This document shows, piece after piece, positions 1 through 13,061 of a stretch of 64,000 nt of DNA. The stretch lies in assembly GCF_006345805.1 (NCBI RefSeq), contig NC_043011.1, forward strand, positions 40,746,464-40,810,463, in the 5' to 3' direction. Position 1 is the first letter of the stretch. Every line of letters starts with the position of its first letter. Made by a program: the position numbers and the translations under genes. The notes beneath the pieces were generated by a model. The model saw only the letters and a list, made by a program, of their open reading frames with translations. It did not search any database and had not been told where the DNA came from. This DNA is from Octopus sinensis (lineage: Eukaryota).

Positions 1-74
1 AACCGCTATGTTCGTCAAACGATGTTGAGGTAACAGACACAGACACACAAACATATACACACACATACATACAC

Positions 75-120
<46 letters not shown>

Positions 121-277
121 CAACTGGCTTCTTTCAGTTTCTTTCAGTTTCCACAAGGTTTTGGTCGGTCCGAGGCTATACTAAAAGACACTTGCCCTAG
201 GAGACACGCAGTAGGACTGAATCAAGAGCCATGTGGTTGGTAAGCAAGCTACTTACCACACAGCCACTCCTGCGCCT
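1..277 (-). mobile_element. tRNA-derived SINE, family B (window-internal label), cut by window edge
   Basis: Reverse complement of head GGCG..GGAGTGGCTGTGTGGTAAGTAGCTTGC, core matching AAGAAGCCCGTCG/GGAAACTGAAAG and internal (TA)n/(CA)n; same layout as other B copies. Confidence 0.85.
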
Positions 278-278
278 A

Positions 279-316
<38 letters not shown>

Positions 317-1465
317 TTACAAAGTGAGATAGGGGTTGTGAGTGTAACCCACTATGGGATAACATTTATCCAATATACTGCCAGTAAAGTACCCAGAAAG
401 GCTAATACATAAATGCTAAGAAGTGCAATGCAATTAATTCATGTATAGAATTATATGGGCGAAGGTAAAATGTTTTACCTCAAATTCATAATACAAAATA
501 AGAAAATGGAGGAATAGATTTGTATCAATCATCAACTACTAGATAATACCAATTCATATAATTTATTAACTAATTATTTAGGAACATCCAGATCAAACAG
601 AATAATACAGAATAAAACAGTACATATCAATGAGTAAGATAATACCATAAGAACAATACATATAAATATAAAATGGATCTTACAGCTGTTTCAGCCTGTA
701 GATAAGAGTATCTCATTATGCTCATATTAGTCAGATGTATTAAGGTAATATGCGGTTATAAATGTGTTACTTATATATATATATCAAGGACTCGTCAGAG
801 ATTATAAAGTACGATTATAGAGGTATAAAATGAAGATATAAAGTGCAAATATGAATATTAGAGAAGGTACAGATATACAAGAATAAGTACATATACATAT
901 AAGTGTATATACACCTGCATATACATATATATATGTATATACATAATAATATACATACACATATGGTTACAGTTAGTCAAATCAATATACTAGAATATAC
1001 ATACATACACATACCCACATGAAAGTGTACATATACAAAGTCCAGAGTTCATTGCATTACATTACAAAAGGCTATTAATATTATTATTATCAATAAATTA
1101 TATGAATTGGTATTATCTAGTAGTTGATGATTGATAGAAATCTATTCCTCCATTTTCTTATTTTGTATATATATATATATATATATATGCTTTGGAAATC
1201 GAAACCACGATCTCATAATCGCGAGTGCAACAGCCTAACCACTGAGCCATGCACCTTCACAATATATATATATAATATATATATATATATGTATATAGCA
1301 AGGAAAAATTGTAAAAATGCAGAATGCTCAAATGAAAGAAAATTTTAATGAAATGAGAACTTGATAAAATATATAAATATATATTTATTAAAACCGGTTT
1401 TCGTCATTGTGTGACTTGTCAAGAATATTTAGGTTAAAAAGTTTTATATATATATATATATATAT

Positions 1466-1738
1466 TGTGAAGGTGCATGGCTCAGTGGTTAGGCTGTTGC
1501 ACTCGCGATTATGAGATCGTGGTTTCGATTTCCAAAGCACTTCATTTCAAGTTGCTCTGCGATCATTTCATCATGACATGTGGCGCACGGTGCACCTGAA
1601 CAGGTAATGCCAATTTGATGGAGGGAGTGAGGTTATGTGTACACAAGCACATGATCACTATAAACAAATCATCTGTCAGGTTGTTCGGCACGAAATTGCC
1701 GAAACCTTATACGTCGTCTAACGACGGGAGAGTCCATG
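1466..1738 (+). mobile_element. tRNA-derived SINE, family A-type head, internally deleted
   Basis: A box TGGCTCAGTGG and B-box-like GGTTTCGATTTCC; body similar to 29460-29752. Confidence 0.8.
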
Positions 1739-2602
1739 ATATATATGTGTGTAAAATATAACGTGTCAAGACACGTTATATTTTACAAACAATATACAAT
1801 GCTTCCAGTGAACTACACACACACACCACACACACACACACACACACACGCACACACATACACACACACACACATACACACACACATATATATATATATA
1901 TATATTATTGGATGAATACGAGTTCGACGTTTAATTGAAATAATTTCCAAAAAATTTCTAATATTTCTTCATACTTTTAAATTTTCTTATATAAATTCGT
2001 ATAGGTATGAAAACTTGTATAGGAATAATCAGTATATTATTTAACTTATTAAACACAGTTCAAGAAATTCATTCATATTTATCTAATGGAGGAGATTAAA
2101 TGTTAAAATGGATAATAGTTTTTATTTTTCTTGTTGCATTACAATTTGTTTCATATAAAAAGCCTCGAGATATTTATAACAGAAAATCGTAATAGTCATA
2201 TTGGTACTCGTCAGCAGCTGGTATAAAAACTAAAAATTATGTCAGAAGTACATAGATTTTCTCTTGCTTATCATATTGGATCCATGTATTCGTTTTTGCA
2301 ATCATGCCTATTCGATTCAAATATGACTATTACGATTTTCTATTATGAATACCTGAATCTTTTTGTATGAAACAAATTGTATAGAAACATGATAAATAAA
2401 AGCTATAATCCATTTTAACAGCTAATCTCCCACATTACATAAATATGAATGAATTTGTTGAACAGCGTTTAATAAATCATATACTGATTGTTCCTATATA
2501 TGTGTGTGTGTATGTGTGTGTGTGTGTGTGTGTTGTATGTGTGTGCGTGCGTGCGTATGGTGGTTGTCTACTCCTTATGCAGAGTTTCATTGCCTTTTGT
2601 AC

Positions 2603-2935
2603 TTACACCTTATATTTATCATGGCGGCTGATGTGGCTTTTTAAACCAGACTATTGAAAAGACACCCACATAGATTGCATATCTGGTTTGGACCACCAAG
2701 AACGGCAGTTCAGTTCTGATCTTTGCGGATCTTAAAATGTGTCTTGAGGCCTCCCTTAGATTTGCAGACCTTATGGCATACACGGCATTGACAGGTATTC
2801 ACAGGTAGATTGGCAGATTAGTTAGTGGACGTTCACTTTTCATGGGTCTGCATATCAGATTTGAGCCCAGCAAAAGAAAGGCATGGTCTGTCCCAACTGT
2901 GCACACAAAATGGTTGTTGAAGACGATGTATGAGT
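2603..2935 (-). pseudogene. Decayed array of three C2H2 zinc fingers, probably the 3' end of a LINE ORF
   Basis: With frameshifts: VCTV.DRPCLSFAGLKS(D)MQTHEK, CRVCHKVCKSKGGLKTHFKI(R), CNLCGCLF..SGLKSHISRHDK*. In-frame stops; long non-TGEKP linkers. Confidence 0.7.
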
Positions 2936-3509
2936 GTAGTATATATATTTATAAAGATAAGAACACAATGGATTAAAGGATTAAAGGTTAACTACAGCTC
3001 TTTCAGACGCGTTCTATTATTGATAAATAATTCGATTTCATCATGAAAAAAAAAGAAAATATTTTCTTCAGACGAATTAGAAATTTGAATTTTGGTTCGG
3101 AGAAAAAATACCGAAATGTGGAGTGTGGGTTTCGGCATGAATGAAGAGAATGAAGACATACCTAGGTATTCATGCCTAGGTGTAGGCCAAATTTCATAGG
3201 CTCTTGGGTCAGAAAACAATCTCGGCGTTATCCAACACCCTCGTCTTTGGCGGAAAGTTGTATTTATTCCATCTTCGTCTATCGTTTCAAATTACATTTG
3301 TTTACTTTCATACGTCCACCCTGTATTGTCTTGCTTGCTCGAGCTCTAATTCTACACAAATGTTGCGGGTGCCGCCGATATGCGAAGTTCTCAGTCTTAT
3401 CGTTAAAGACGCGAAACTGAGTATTAGCATTTTTGGTCGATAACTGATGAAGAATTAGGGTCCTTCTTTGTCTCTCCTACGTGTACGTTATATATATATA
3501 TATATATAT

Positions 3510-3553
<44 letters not shown>

Positions 3554-3659
3554 GCGTGTCCTACTGGATAAGGGTTTGCAATTACAATCGCTAGATCGTG
3601 ATTTCGAATCCAGGGCAGGGCTACGCGCTCTGTTTTGTCTGTGTGTAGTGAAACCCAAG

Positions 3660-3918
3660 TGTTCACTACACACACACGTGCGCGCACACGTATGCATGAA
3701 CGCACATATGTAGGCACGCATGTATATACGCACACATATAGATAACGAAAGCGAAGAACATTCTTTTCCAGATTTATTAAAAAGGTATAAAATTTTCTGT
3801 AAAAGTCATATCTGATGAGTCCCACAAACGAACGAGATAAAAGCGCTTATAAATAATTATCCAAAATTCTTCCTCTTTTTTCTTAATATCTGTATAAAAC
3901 CTGTATATCACTTCAAAC
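3660..3918 (+). repeat. Direct repeat copy 1 (~260 bp) with degenerate hammerhead-like motif
   Basis: Near-identical to 4520-4777; CTGATGAG at 3812. Confidence 0.85.
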
Positions 3919-4519
3919 ATTGGGGCGAATGCTGGTTTGCTCGTCTAGGCAGCGGGTATGGTTTCATTCGGAAGCTAAAACAATGCGTACGTCACTGTGA
4001 CCAGCGTTGCATAAAGATATCCGTTAGTCTTTATCGATACCGTTAGAGAGAGATGATGCCAAAAGAATGGCTAAAGCAAAATTGACATCTTGTGTTGTCA
4101 TCAACTTCAAAAAGCTGACCATATGAATACGATATAATTCAAACCATCCCAGGAGCCCCATTTTCTTTGTTTCATTCTTTCTTTCGCTCTTTCTTTTTCT
4201 TTTCTCTTTCTTCTCCTTTTTTCTGGCTTCTTGTCTTTCTCTCGTTCACCCTCTCTCATTGCACACCCATTCGTCACATACTTACATACACATGCCTGCA
4301 CAGAAAGAAAGAGAGAGAAAGATGTCTTCAAACCAATTACTTAAAAAAAACAGACATCTTGAAATATCATAAACTTCAAACAGCTGTGAAACAACTGACT
4401 ATAAAGATACAATAAAAGCCATCTCAGAAAAAAAGATCCTTTCTCTATGACTTTCTTTCTTCCTTTCGAGTTTCCTTTCGCTTTTCTCTTATTTTCTTCC
4501 CCGGGCCGGGCCCACAAGG

Positions 4520-4777
4520 GTTCACTACACACACACGTGCATGCACACGTATGCATGAACGCTCATATGTACGCACGCGTGTATATACACACACATATAG
4601 ATAACCAACACGAAGAACATTCTTTTCCACATTTATAAAAAACGTATAAAATTTTCTGTAAAAGTCATATCTGATGAGTCCCGCAAACGAACGAGATGAA
4701 AGCGCTAATAAATAATTATCCAAAATTCTTCCTCTTTTTTCTTAATATCTGTATAAAATCTGTGTATCACTTCAAAC
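4520..4777 (+). repeat. Direct repeat copy 2 (~260 bp) with minimal hammerhead-like motif
   Basis: CTGATGA (4671-4677) gtcccgcaaacgaacgagat GAAA gcgc TA. Confidence 0.85.
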
Positions 4778-4802
4778 AATGTGTGTATGTGTGTGAATGT
4801 CA

Positions 4803-4985
4803 ATATAATCGACTTAATCCGTTTGTCTATTTTTGTTTGTCCTCTCTGTGTTTAGCCCCTTGTAGGTAGTAAAGAAATAAGTTTTTCGTCTGTCAATACG
4901 TTCTGAGTTCAAATTCCGCCGAGGTTGACTTTGCCTTTCATCCTGTCTGGATCGATAAATTAAGTACCAGTTGCGTACTGGGGTT
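4803..4985 (+). mobile_element. SINE family C, permuted/multimeric fragment
   Basis: Tail TAATCGACTTAATCCGTTTGTC...AAAGAAATA runs directly into GTTCTGAGTTCAAATTCCGCCGAGG. Confidence 0.85.
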
Positions 4986-5239
4986 GCTGCTTTTCGGGCG
5001 ATTACGGTCTCTCTTAGCATGTATGTATACAATTATGTGCTTTGACTGCAGCTTTAGTGCGTTTAGCTCCTATGTCTAGCAATGTAGGTATTTATAACAC
5101 CCTCTGTAATATTTAATGACGGTTGTAGTTCTTGTTGGTACACATTTGCTTACTGCTGCCTTAATAAATGATGTGTGCAATGTTACCTGTGTATTATGTA
5201 TGCGTATATGTCTGTATGTGTGAATGTACGATAAGGCAC

Positions 5240-5545
5240 GTTGTTAGAGCGTTCGGTTCACAATCATAATTGTGGATTCCATTTTCGAACCGGGTGGTGC
5301 GTAACTTTCTTGAGTAAGTCACTTCATTTTACGTTGCTCCGGTCAAATACTGGTGTAGCCTCCCTTACCTCCAGCTGTCACACTATGGAAGTGTCACTAG
5401 GTCAACGGGTGGGTAAGTCGAGAGGGAGCCTATGTTTGCTCACAACTATACGGTTACCTAAAACAATCGGCGAAAGCACGTATATGTTACCAAGTCATTC
5501 TTGCTTTTGTATGACTGCTGGCATTTTATTGACTTCATAAAATCC
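5240..5545 (+). mobile_element. Degenerate SINE, family A-like
   Basis: Matches family A body (TTCATTTTACGTTGCTCCGGTC, GTCACACT, ACACGTAT). Confidence 0.6.
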
Positions 5546-6224
5546 ATAGAATTGGTTTTTCTAAGTTTTTAAACTTCGAGATCAACCCTTTTTCGAAACA
5601 CCTATGATTGAAAGCATTGTACTTGTGACCGTAATGTAAAGGCAGTTATGATGGCTTTAGCACTTTAACCGTCAGATTTCTTTGTCAAGTGTATTGCTTA
5701 TTCTCATTGTTTTGAATTACTCATGCATTGTGTTGCTTCAAGATTTCGATGATGTGAACGTATATTTTTAGAACGACATTGTAGGCTAGGTGTGAAATGT
5801 TAGATCTGGTCAGTTTTAGCATAAAACAGAATATTTGGGCTGGTTACTGCTGGTGGTGATTTGGTAGAGTCGTTGCAGCGTTGGATAGAATTCCTCGTAA
5901 TACTTCTGACTTTTTAAACTCTGAGTTCAAATTCTGTCGAAGTCACTTTATTTTTCATTGTGTTAGAGTCGATACAAAAGTATCAATCAAGGGCTGTGGA
6001 CCGGTGAAACTATTAGGGGTTCAGGCAAGATAGCTTATGCCATCATTGCTGATTATTCGTGTTCTGATAACAAGGCTCGTATCTCCCACTAAAACAATGG
6101 TTTTGGTTGGAAAACGTTGGTGGAAAGAATTAAGGACACTTGCAAACATGGGCAACTTCTTACCTATCACAATAGAACCTTACAGGGACAGCGCATTTAG
6201 ACATGACCAACCTTGACCGATAGA

Positions 6225-6415
6225 AGGATAATTGCGTGGTAAGAAGCTTGCTTCGCAGCCACATGATTCTGCGTTCAAACCCACTGTGTGGCACCTTGGG
6301 TAAGTGTCTTCTTTAAAACCCTCGGGCCCACCAGAGCGTCGTGAGTGGATTTGGTAAACAAGAACTGAAAAAAGACCAACGTATATATGTGTGTGTGTGT
6401 GTGTGTGTGAGTGTC

Positions 6416-6420
<5 letters not shown>
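6225..6420 (+). mobile_element. SINE family B, 5' half ending in (TG)n
   Basis: GTGGTAAGAAGCTTGCTTC...GCACCTTGGGTAAGTGTCTTCT...GTGAGTGGATTTGGTA. Confidence 0.8.
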
Positions 6421-6455
<35 letters not shown>

Positions 6456-6459
6456 TGTC

Positions 6460-6502
<43 letters not shown>

Positions 6503-7214
6503 GTGTGCGTGTGTGTGTATGTGTTGTAGATTGTTTAAAGTGGCGTACAGGTTTCATTAAATCAAAATTTTGGATAATTATTTATTTAGCGCTTTCATCT
6601 CATTTCAGAGATTCATCGGGGATGAATATATATATATATGTGTGTATGTGTGTGTGTGTGTGTGCATGTGTATGTGTATGTGTGTGTGTGTTTGTGTGTG
6701 TGCGTGTACGTGTGTATGTGTGTGTGTGTTTGCTTGTGTGTGCATGTATATTGCATATTGTCGTGCGAAGACTTGACTGACCTTATTCAATATATAATTT
6801 CTTTATAAAGATATAACGGTTTTGTTTGACAAAGATTTCGCAGCTATTCCAAGAATAACCGAATGCACTACATAGAAAAACAGTCCCAAAACATTATACT
6901 TAATGGTTGTAGTCTCATAAGTCGTTTAAATATTTGTCATGTGGTCGTTATATTTTTTTTCATCTTACTCTCTTTTATATTTTCCTTGCAGATACATACT
7001 TATTATGCAGTAACAATTATATATATTTATCCATATTTTACACTTTTACTAAGCAAATATAATACAAAGGGGAATGGAAGTTCGGTAAGTGGGTAATCCA
7101 AGGCAATTTAGAAAGTATTGCGTTTTATTTTTAGCCGGGAGATACCATTCATAATCTAACTGTATCTTTACTCCTACGCGCACACATACATATAGACAGA
7201 ATCAGTCATTCATA

Positions 7215-7220
7215 CATATG

Positions 7221-7295
<75 letters not shown>

Positions 7296-7335
7296 ATATA
7301 TATATACTTATGTACATATAATGTGTAAATCTCTC

Positions 7336-7366
<31 letters not shown>

Positions 7367-7781
7367 ATATATGTATATATTCATGTATATAAATATGCAT
7401 GTATATAAATGTATATATATATATATGTATATATTTATGGATATGTGTATGCATATATATGTATATATTTGTATATATGTTTATATTTATGTATATGCAT
7501 GTATATATATGTATATATTTATATATATATGCATATATATGTATATATATATATAAATGTATATATATGTATATATATATATATGTATATATAAATATAT
7601 ATGTATATATTTATATATATATGCATATATATGTATATATATATAAATATATATATATATATGTATATATTTATATATATATATGCATATGTATATATAA
7701 ATGTATATATAAATATATATGTATATATATATATAAATATATGTATATATATACATATATATATATATACACCCACAACTA

Positions 7782-7818
<37 letters not shown>

Positions 7819-7885
7819 TATTATATAATATATATATATATATGTACATATAAGTGTGTTTGTGTGTGTATATGTATGTATGTAT
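7215..7885. repeat. Compound (CA)n/(TA)n/(TATG)n microsatellite block
   Basis: Directly visible; source of the YI-repeat ORFs. Confidence 0.95.
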
Positions 7886-8124
7886 ACATGACGTGACTTG
7901 GAGGCATGCTTATTTTCACGTTTTCCTCATACTTTTTTATATTCACTTATTTCTTATTTAAATATAGAAATATAAACTAGTATATATGATTTCACACAAT
8001 AATCGTGTGGTCTAAAGGTAAATTACTTCCCTTCCCAATGAACTCTCTTTGGTAAAGAGTAAAAGATAAAAGAAACTCGTAAGTTCGTTATTTCCTCAAG
8101 AAGGGGTAACTATTAATGAATAAA

Positions 8125-8184
<60 letters not shown>

Positions 8185-8299
8185 TTACTTGCTTTCGTAT
8201 CTTTTGCAGCTATAAACATTAATTACACGCAAATAACTCTGATTAATTATAAAGTTTTGATCTCTTCAATATTTCCTAATAAACACCTTCAATTCTCTT

Positions 8300-8645
8300 T
8301 TCCTCTTTCTACACCTTTCTCTCACCCTTCGTTTTCGCTCTATTATTTATCGAAAAGATATTGACCTACACCTATTTCTCTACTTTCTCGACTCTCTCTC
8401 TTTCTCTCTTTCTCTACTCTTTTACTCGACTGCCTACCTCTTTCGTCTCTACTCTCTTCCTGCTCTCTCCCTCTCTCTCCTGGCTTTGCACTCTTTTGCA
8501 CTCGCTACTCTTTCTTCCTATGCTTTCCTCCTTCTTTCTCCATCTTCTCATCTTTCATTTCTCCTCTGTCATCTCCTTCTCTATAATCCTTCTCTTTGGA
8601 CTATTCCCTAGTCTCTACAGTTTGCCGCCCTATATTTACATACCT

Positions 8646-8679
<34 letters not shown>

Positions 8680-8880
8680 CACACTCTCTCTCTCTCTACT
8701 CTTTTCCTCCACTCCCTGCCTCTTTTTTCTTTCACTTCATTTCTCTCTCCCCCACTCATTCTCTCTCTCACACACTTTCTCTTCCTTTTGCCTCTCTCAC
8801 AACTTCACTCTTTCCGTCACCTTCTCTCTCCCCTCTCTCCTACCTTTTCTCCCTTCATTCAACTCTTCATTTTCTCTTAT
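8300..8880 (+). repeat. Polypyrimidine (CT-rich) low-complexity tract
   Basis: About 580 nt almost free of G on the plus strand. Confidence 0.9.
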
Positions 8881-9314
8881 TTTCCGTTATATAAATATCA
8901 TTCTCTGTAGAGAATCTCAAATTTAATTATTTTACTCTAAATTTACCATTAAACAATCCGTTAATAATCCTTATAATGAAGCCAGATCTTACACTAGTTC
9001 TGCCTTACTTCTCTATAAATCTTTCTCGCTCTCACAACCCCTTCCTTTCTTTCTTGATCTCTCTCTCTCTCTTTCTTTCTCTCTCCCCCTCTCTTTTAAA
9101 CAAATCCTATGGAAATTCCGATACATAATACCATAATTCGCTGCTCTACATTGAAACAGCTTGCAAAGTCTTAAAACAATACTATATATATCCAGGAGAC
9201 CCAAAAGGCAGGTAACGCTATGTAAGTGGTGCGGAAGGACCGTAGTTAGACTTCCGGTTCGATAATAGTATGGGGGAGGAGTCTAATGCGGGTCATGTGT
9301 GAGCGTGTATATGT

Positions 9315-9690
9315 TAAATAAAATGAGACAATAAAGCCAAAGCAGTGTGAAATTTCTTGGACATTTATAAAGAGAAAGGTAGTCTTACAGCTGTTTCAGG
9401 AATATAAAAGATATCCCATCATCAGATACGATAAGAGAGAGTTAAATAAAAGGAAACAGAGTTCAATATAAGAAGTTATTTTGGAAAGGGAGAGATATAA
9501 GAAGTATAAAAGGAAGTATCAGAAATAACTTATTTCTTATAACTTTACTATTTCCTCCTATTTAACTCTCTCATATCGTATCTGATGATGGGATATCTTT
9601 CATATCCCTGAAACAGCTGTAAGGCTACCTTTCTCTTTATAAAATTCCTAGAAATTTCACACAGCCTTGGCCTTGTCTCATTTTTTTTAC
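9315..9690. mobile_element. Foldback element with a hammerhead-like motif in each arm (Penelope-like pLTR remnant)
   Basis: Arms ~9315-9460 and ~9555-9690 are reverse complements; right arm CTGATGA t GGGATAT ctttc ATATCCC t GAAA CAGCTG TA. Confidence 0.75.
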
Positions 9691-9978
9691 CCCCCCCCCA
9701 CACACACACAGACAAATGCACACACACACATATATATAATAGATTTTACACGGATGGCAAACGTGCATTTTAAAATTACTCTGAGACAAATGCCTGTTAC
9801 TTGAAAGGGTGGCGTTCGAATCAAGATGTTGTTTCTTTCTGTGTTCCTTTCTGTGGAAGAGCGTAGGCTCGAAACGTTAAAGACTTTTTCAATTCCTGAG
9901 CGTTACACTAATACATCTGTTTGTTGTCTACACCATCTCTCTTCGTCTTTTGTTTTTCGTGAAATCTGTCTATGTTTG

Positions 9979-10045
<67 letters not shown>

Positions 10046-10154
10046 GTACGTATGTATATTTATATTATACATATTTATTTTTGTGTATATGTTGGTATAT
10101 ATATATATAAATTGTCGTGATCGTCGGTTATTTCTCGTATCCTATAATTTAATC

Positions 10155-10400
10155 TACATTTGTTGAACGCTTCCTTTATGGTGATGGCGTTGATGACTTT
10201 GTAGATCAAATTCTTGCATGGAAGAGCCGATGGCATTGAGTACATGGTAATGTTGGTGGAGGTGGAGGTTTATTTCCTCGAGTCTTACTCTCCTGTTGTT
10301 TTGCATGTTTACGTGGGCGCACATTTACTCGAAGCTGGCGAGGGCTTTCCGTTTTTTTCCATTCTGTATTCTGTCATGCGTCAAAACGCTAAAACCAAAT
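10155..10400 (-). mobile_element. 3' end of an RTE-type LINE ORF with terminal C2H2 finger
   Basis: With frameshifts: LTHDR.EWKK...KQQESKTRGNKPPPPPTLPCTQCHRLFHARI.LQSHQRHHH, matching the RTE C-terminal pattern C..C.R.F.ARIGL.SH.R.H. Confidence 0.7.
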
Positions 10401-11283
10401 CCTTCCGAGTGTTGTTTGAGAATCACGCATGTCGTAGTAATCAAACACTTTACCCAATCAGCCATTGCATCTTTGCAAACACACACATATATACTCACAG
10501 AAATACATACACACACCCACGCAGCCATACACACATACACACAACTACACATACACATACACCCACAAATACAAGCTCACACAACTACACAGCCACACAT
10601 AACCACACACACACAATCACATACACACAACCACACACACACATGCACACACAGCCACACACACATAAACACAACTACACACATACATATACACCCACAA
10701 ACACAAGCAAACACAACTACACAACCACACACTCACACACACACACACGTACACGTACAACCACACACACACACAAATACGTGCACACTTTGATCATACA
10801 CGTGCAACCGTTTTATTCATAGAATACGCCAACTTATCGATACATGTCCTATCAATTTCAATATCCACACTTTATAAAAGGAACGCAGAAAAGTTAAAAG
10901 GACGATGTGTTATTGTATTTTCTATTACGTCGGCAAATACTTATTATCACATGTGAATGTTACCGGTCGTTTTTTGCATGAAATCTGTCGCAGTGTTTCA
11001 TCACGAAGGACACTTTTCTGTCGAATGAATGAATATCTGCGTTATTCAACGCATCGCCTGTTCGCTGCTGTTAATCACGTTTCAACGTAGGCACAGACGT
11101 GATTGCGTGGTTGAATATTTTTTCTTACAAAGTGGAATCGGATTCAATCCCACTGCATGGCATTTTGAGCAATTGTATATTACTGACAAAGGCCTTGAGA
11201 ATGGATTTAGTAGAAAGAAGGATCGTCTTTATATATATCCTTCTTTCTACTAAATCCATTCTCAAGGCATTATATATTATATA

Positions 11284-11316
<33 letters not shown>

Positions 11317-11679
11317 TGATAACACTTGGCAATTAGTGATGACACTTGGCAATTAGTGTTTGTTTTTATCCCTGTAACTTAGCAGTTATGCTAAAGGGAT
11401 CGACACAGTGTGTACAAAGCTTAACAAATAAGTACTGCGGTCGATTTGTTCAACTAAACTCTTCAAGGCACTGCCCCAGCATGGCCGCAGTCCAATGACT
11501 GAAAAAAAAATAAAAGATAAGATAAGCACATGCATAAAAATCTATATTATATTATCTCCCCTTTTTTCCCGCCATATCTATTTTCGACAGAGACAAAATC
11601 GGCCATCTTAAACCATGCATCTTTTCCAATATTATTGGGCGTTGTATTATGACAAAATAACATAAATAAACAAATAAAC

Positions 11680-11876
11680 ATAGAGTGACAAACAAGGACA
11701 GACAAATGGATTAAGTCGATTACATCGACCCCAGTGCGTAACTGGCACTGAATTTATCGACCCCGAAGGATGAAAATCAAAGTCGACCTCGGCGGAATTT
11801 GAACTCAGAACGTAACGGCAGACGAAATACCGCTAAGCATTTCGCCCAGCGTGCTAACGTTTCTGCCAGCTCACTT
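11680..11876 (-). mobile_element. SINE family C
   Basis: Reverse complement of GAGCTGGCAGAAACGTTAGCACGCTGGGCGAAATGCTTAGCGGTATTTCGTCTGCCGTTACGTTCTGAGTTCAAATTCCGCCGAGGTCGAC. Confidence 0.9.
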
Positions 11877-11989
11877 AGTGTAAGTATATATTATAGCATG
11901 TGCGTGCATGTGTGTGTGTGTGCGTGTGCGAGTGTGTGCTGAAGATCGTGTGTGTCTGAGTGAATGTAAAAACGGGAGAATATATTTTC

Positions 11990-12197
11990 TTTTATTTTCT
12001 TTTACTTGTTTCAGTCATATGACTGCGGCCATGCTGGAGCACCGCCTTCAGTCGAGCAAATCGACCCCGGGACTTATTCTTTGTAAGCCTAGTACTTATT
12101 CTATCGGTCTCTTTTGCCGAACCGCTAAGTGACGGGGACGTAAACACACCAGCATCGGTTGTCAAGCAATGCTAGGGGGACAAACACAGACACACAA

Positions 12198-12228
<31 letters not shown>

Positions 12229-12370
12229 ACACACATATATATTATATATATACATATATACATATATACATATATACGACAGGCTTCTTTCAGTTTCCGT
12301 CTACCAAATCCACTCACGAGGCATTGGTCGGCCCGAGGCTATAGCAGAAGGCACTTGCCCAAGATGCCAC
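11990..12370 (-). mobile_element. SINE family B, 5'-truncated
   Basis: Full 3' half (TGACTGCGGCCATGCTGGAGCACCGCC...) plus core; near-identical layout to 12725-13226. Confidence 0.9.
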
Positions 12371-12623
12371 CATCTCCTTCATATGTCATCCCTTCATGCA
12401 TCAGTGATTATAGTCTTCCATCTCCCACTGTCGTTAGAACGCTGTATTACAGCTATACTCACCTAGAGATATCCTCTCAACTCATACAGAATCTTAGCCC
12501 TACAATATCAGCAAAGTATTAGATTAGCGTCTCTGTAACCAACTGGTAAGATAATCGAATGTCTTCACCGCTCTCTCTTTCAAGTGGAGCCAAACACCAA
12601 AAATATAAATTGTTGGTATAAAC

Positions 12624-12962
12624 CAGGGTTTCTCAATCATATTTTTTCCATGGTCCCCTTTGAATACCGTTTTATTCTGGTGGGCTCCTTTCATCGTTCG
12701 AAGTTTAAAAACTAGTTTTATACTTTTTTACTCTTTTAGTTGTTTCAGTCGTTTGACTGTGGCCATGCTGAAGCATCGCCTTTTGTCGAGCAAATCGACC
12801 CCAGTACTTATTCTTTGTGAGCCTAGTACATATTCTATCGGTCTCTTTTGGCGAACCGTTACGTTACGGGGACGTAAGCACACCGGCATCGGTTATCAAG
12901 CGATGTTGAGGGAACAAACACAGACACACAAACATACACACACCCATACATACATACATACA

Positions 12963-12993
<31 letters not shown>

Positions 12994-13010
12994 GAAAGAA
13001 GCCCGTCGTA

Positions 13011-13061
<51 letters not shown>

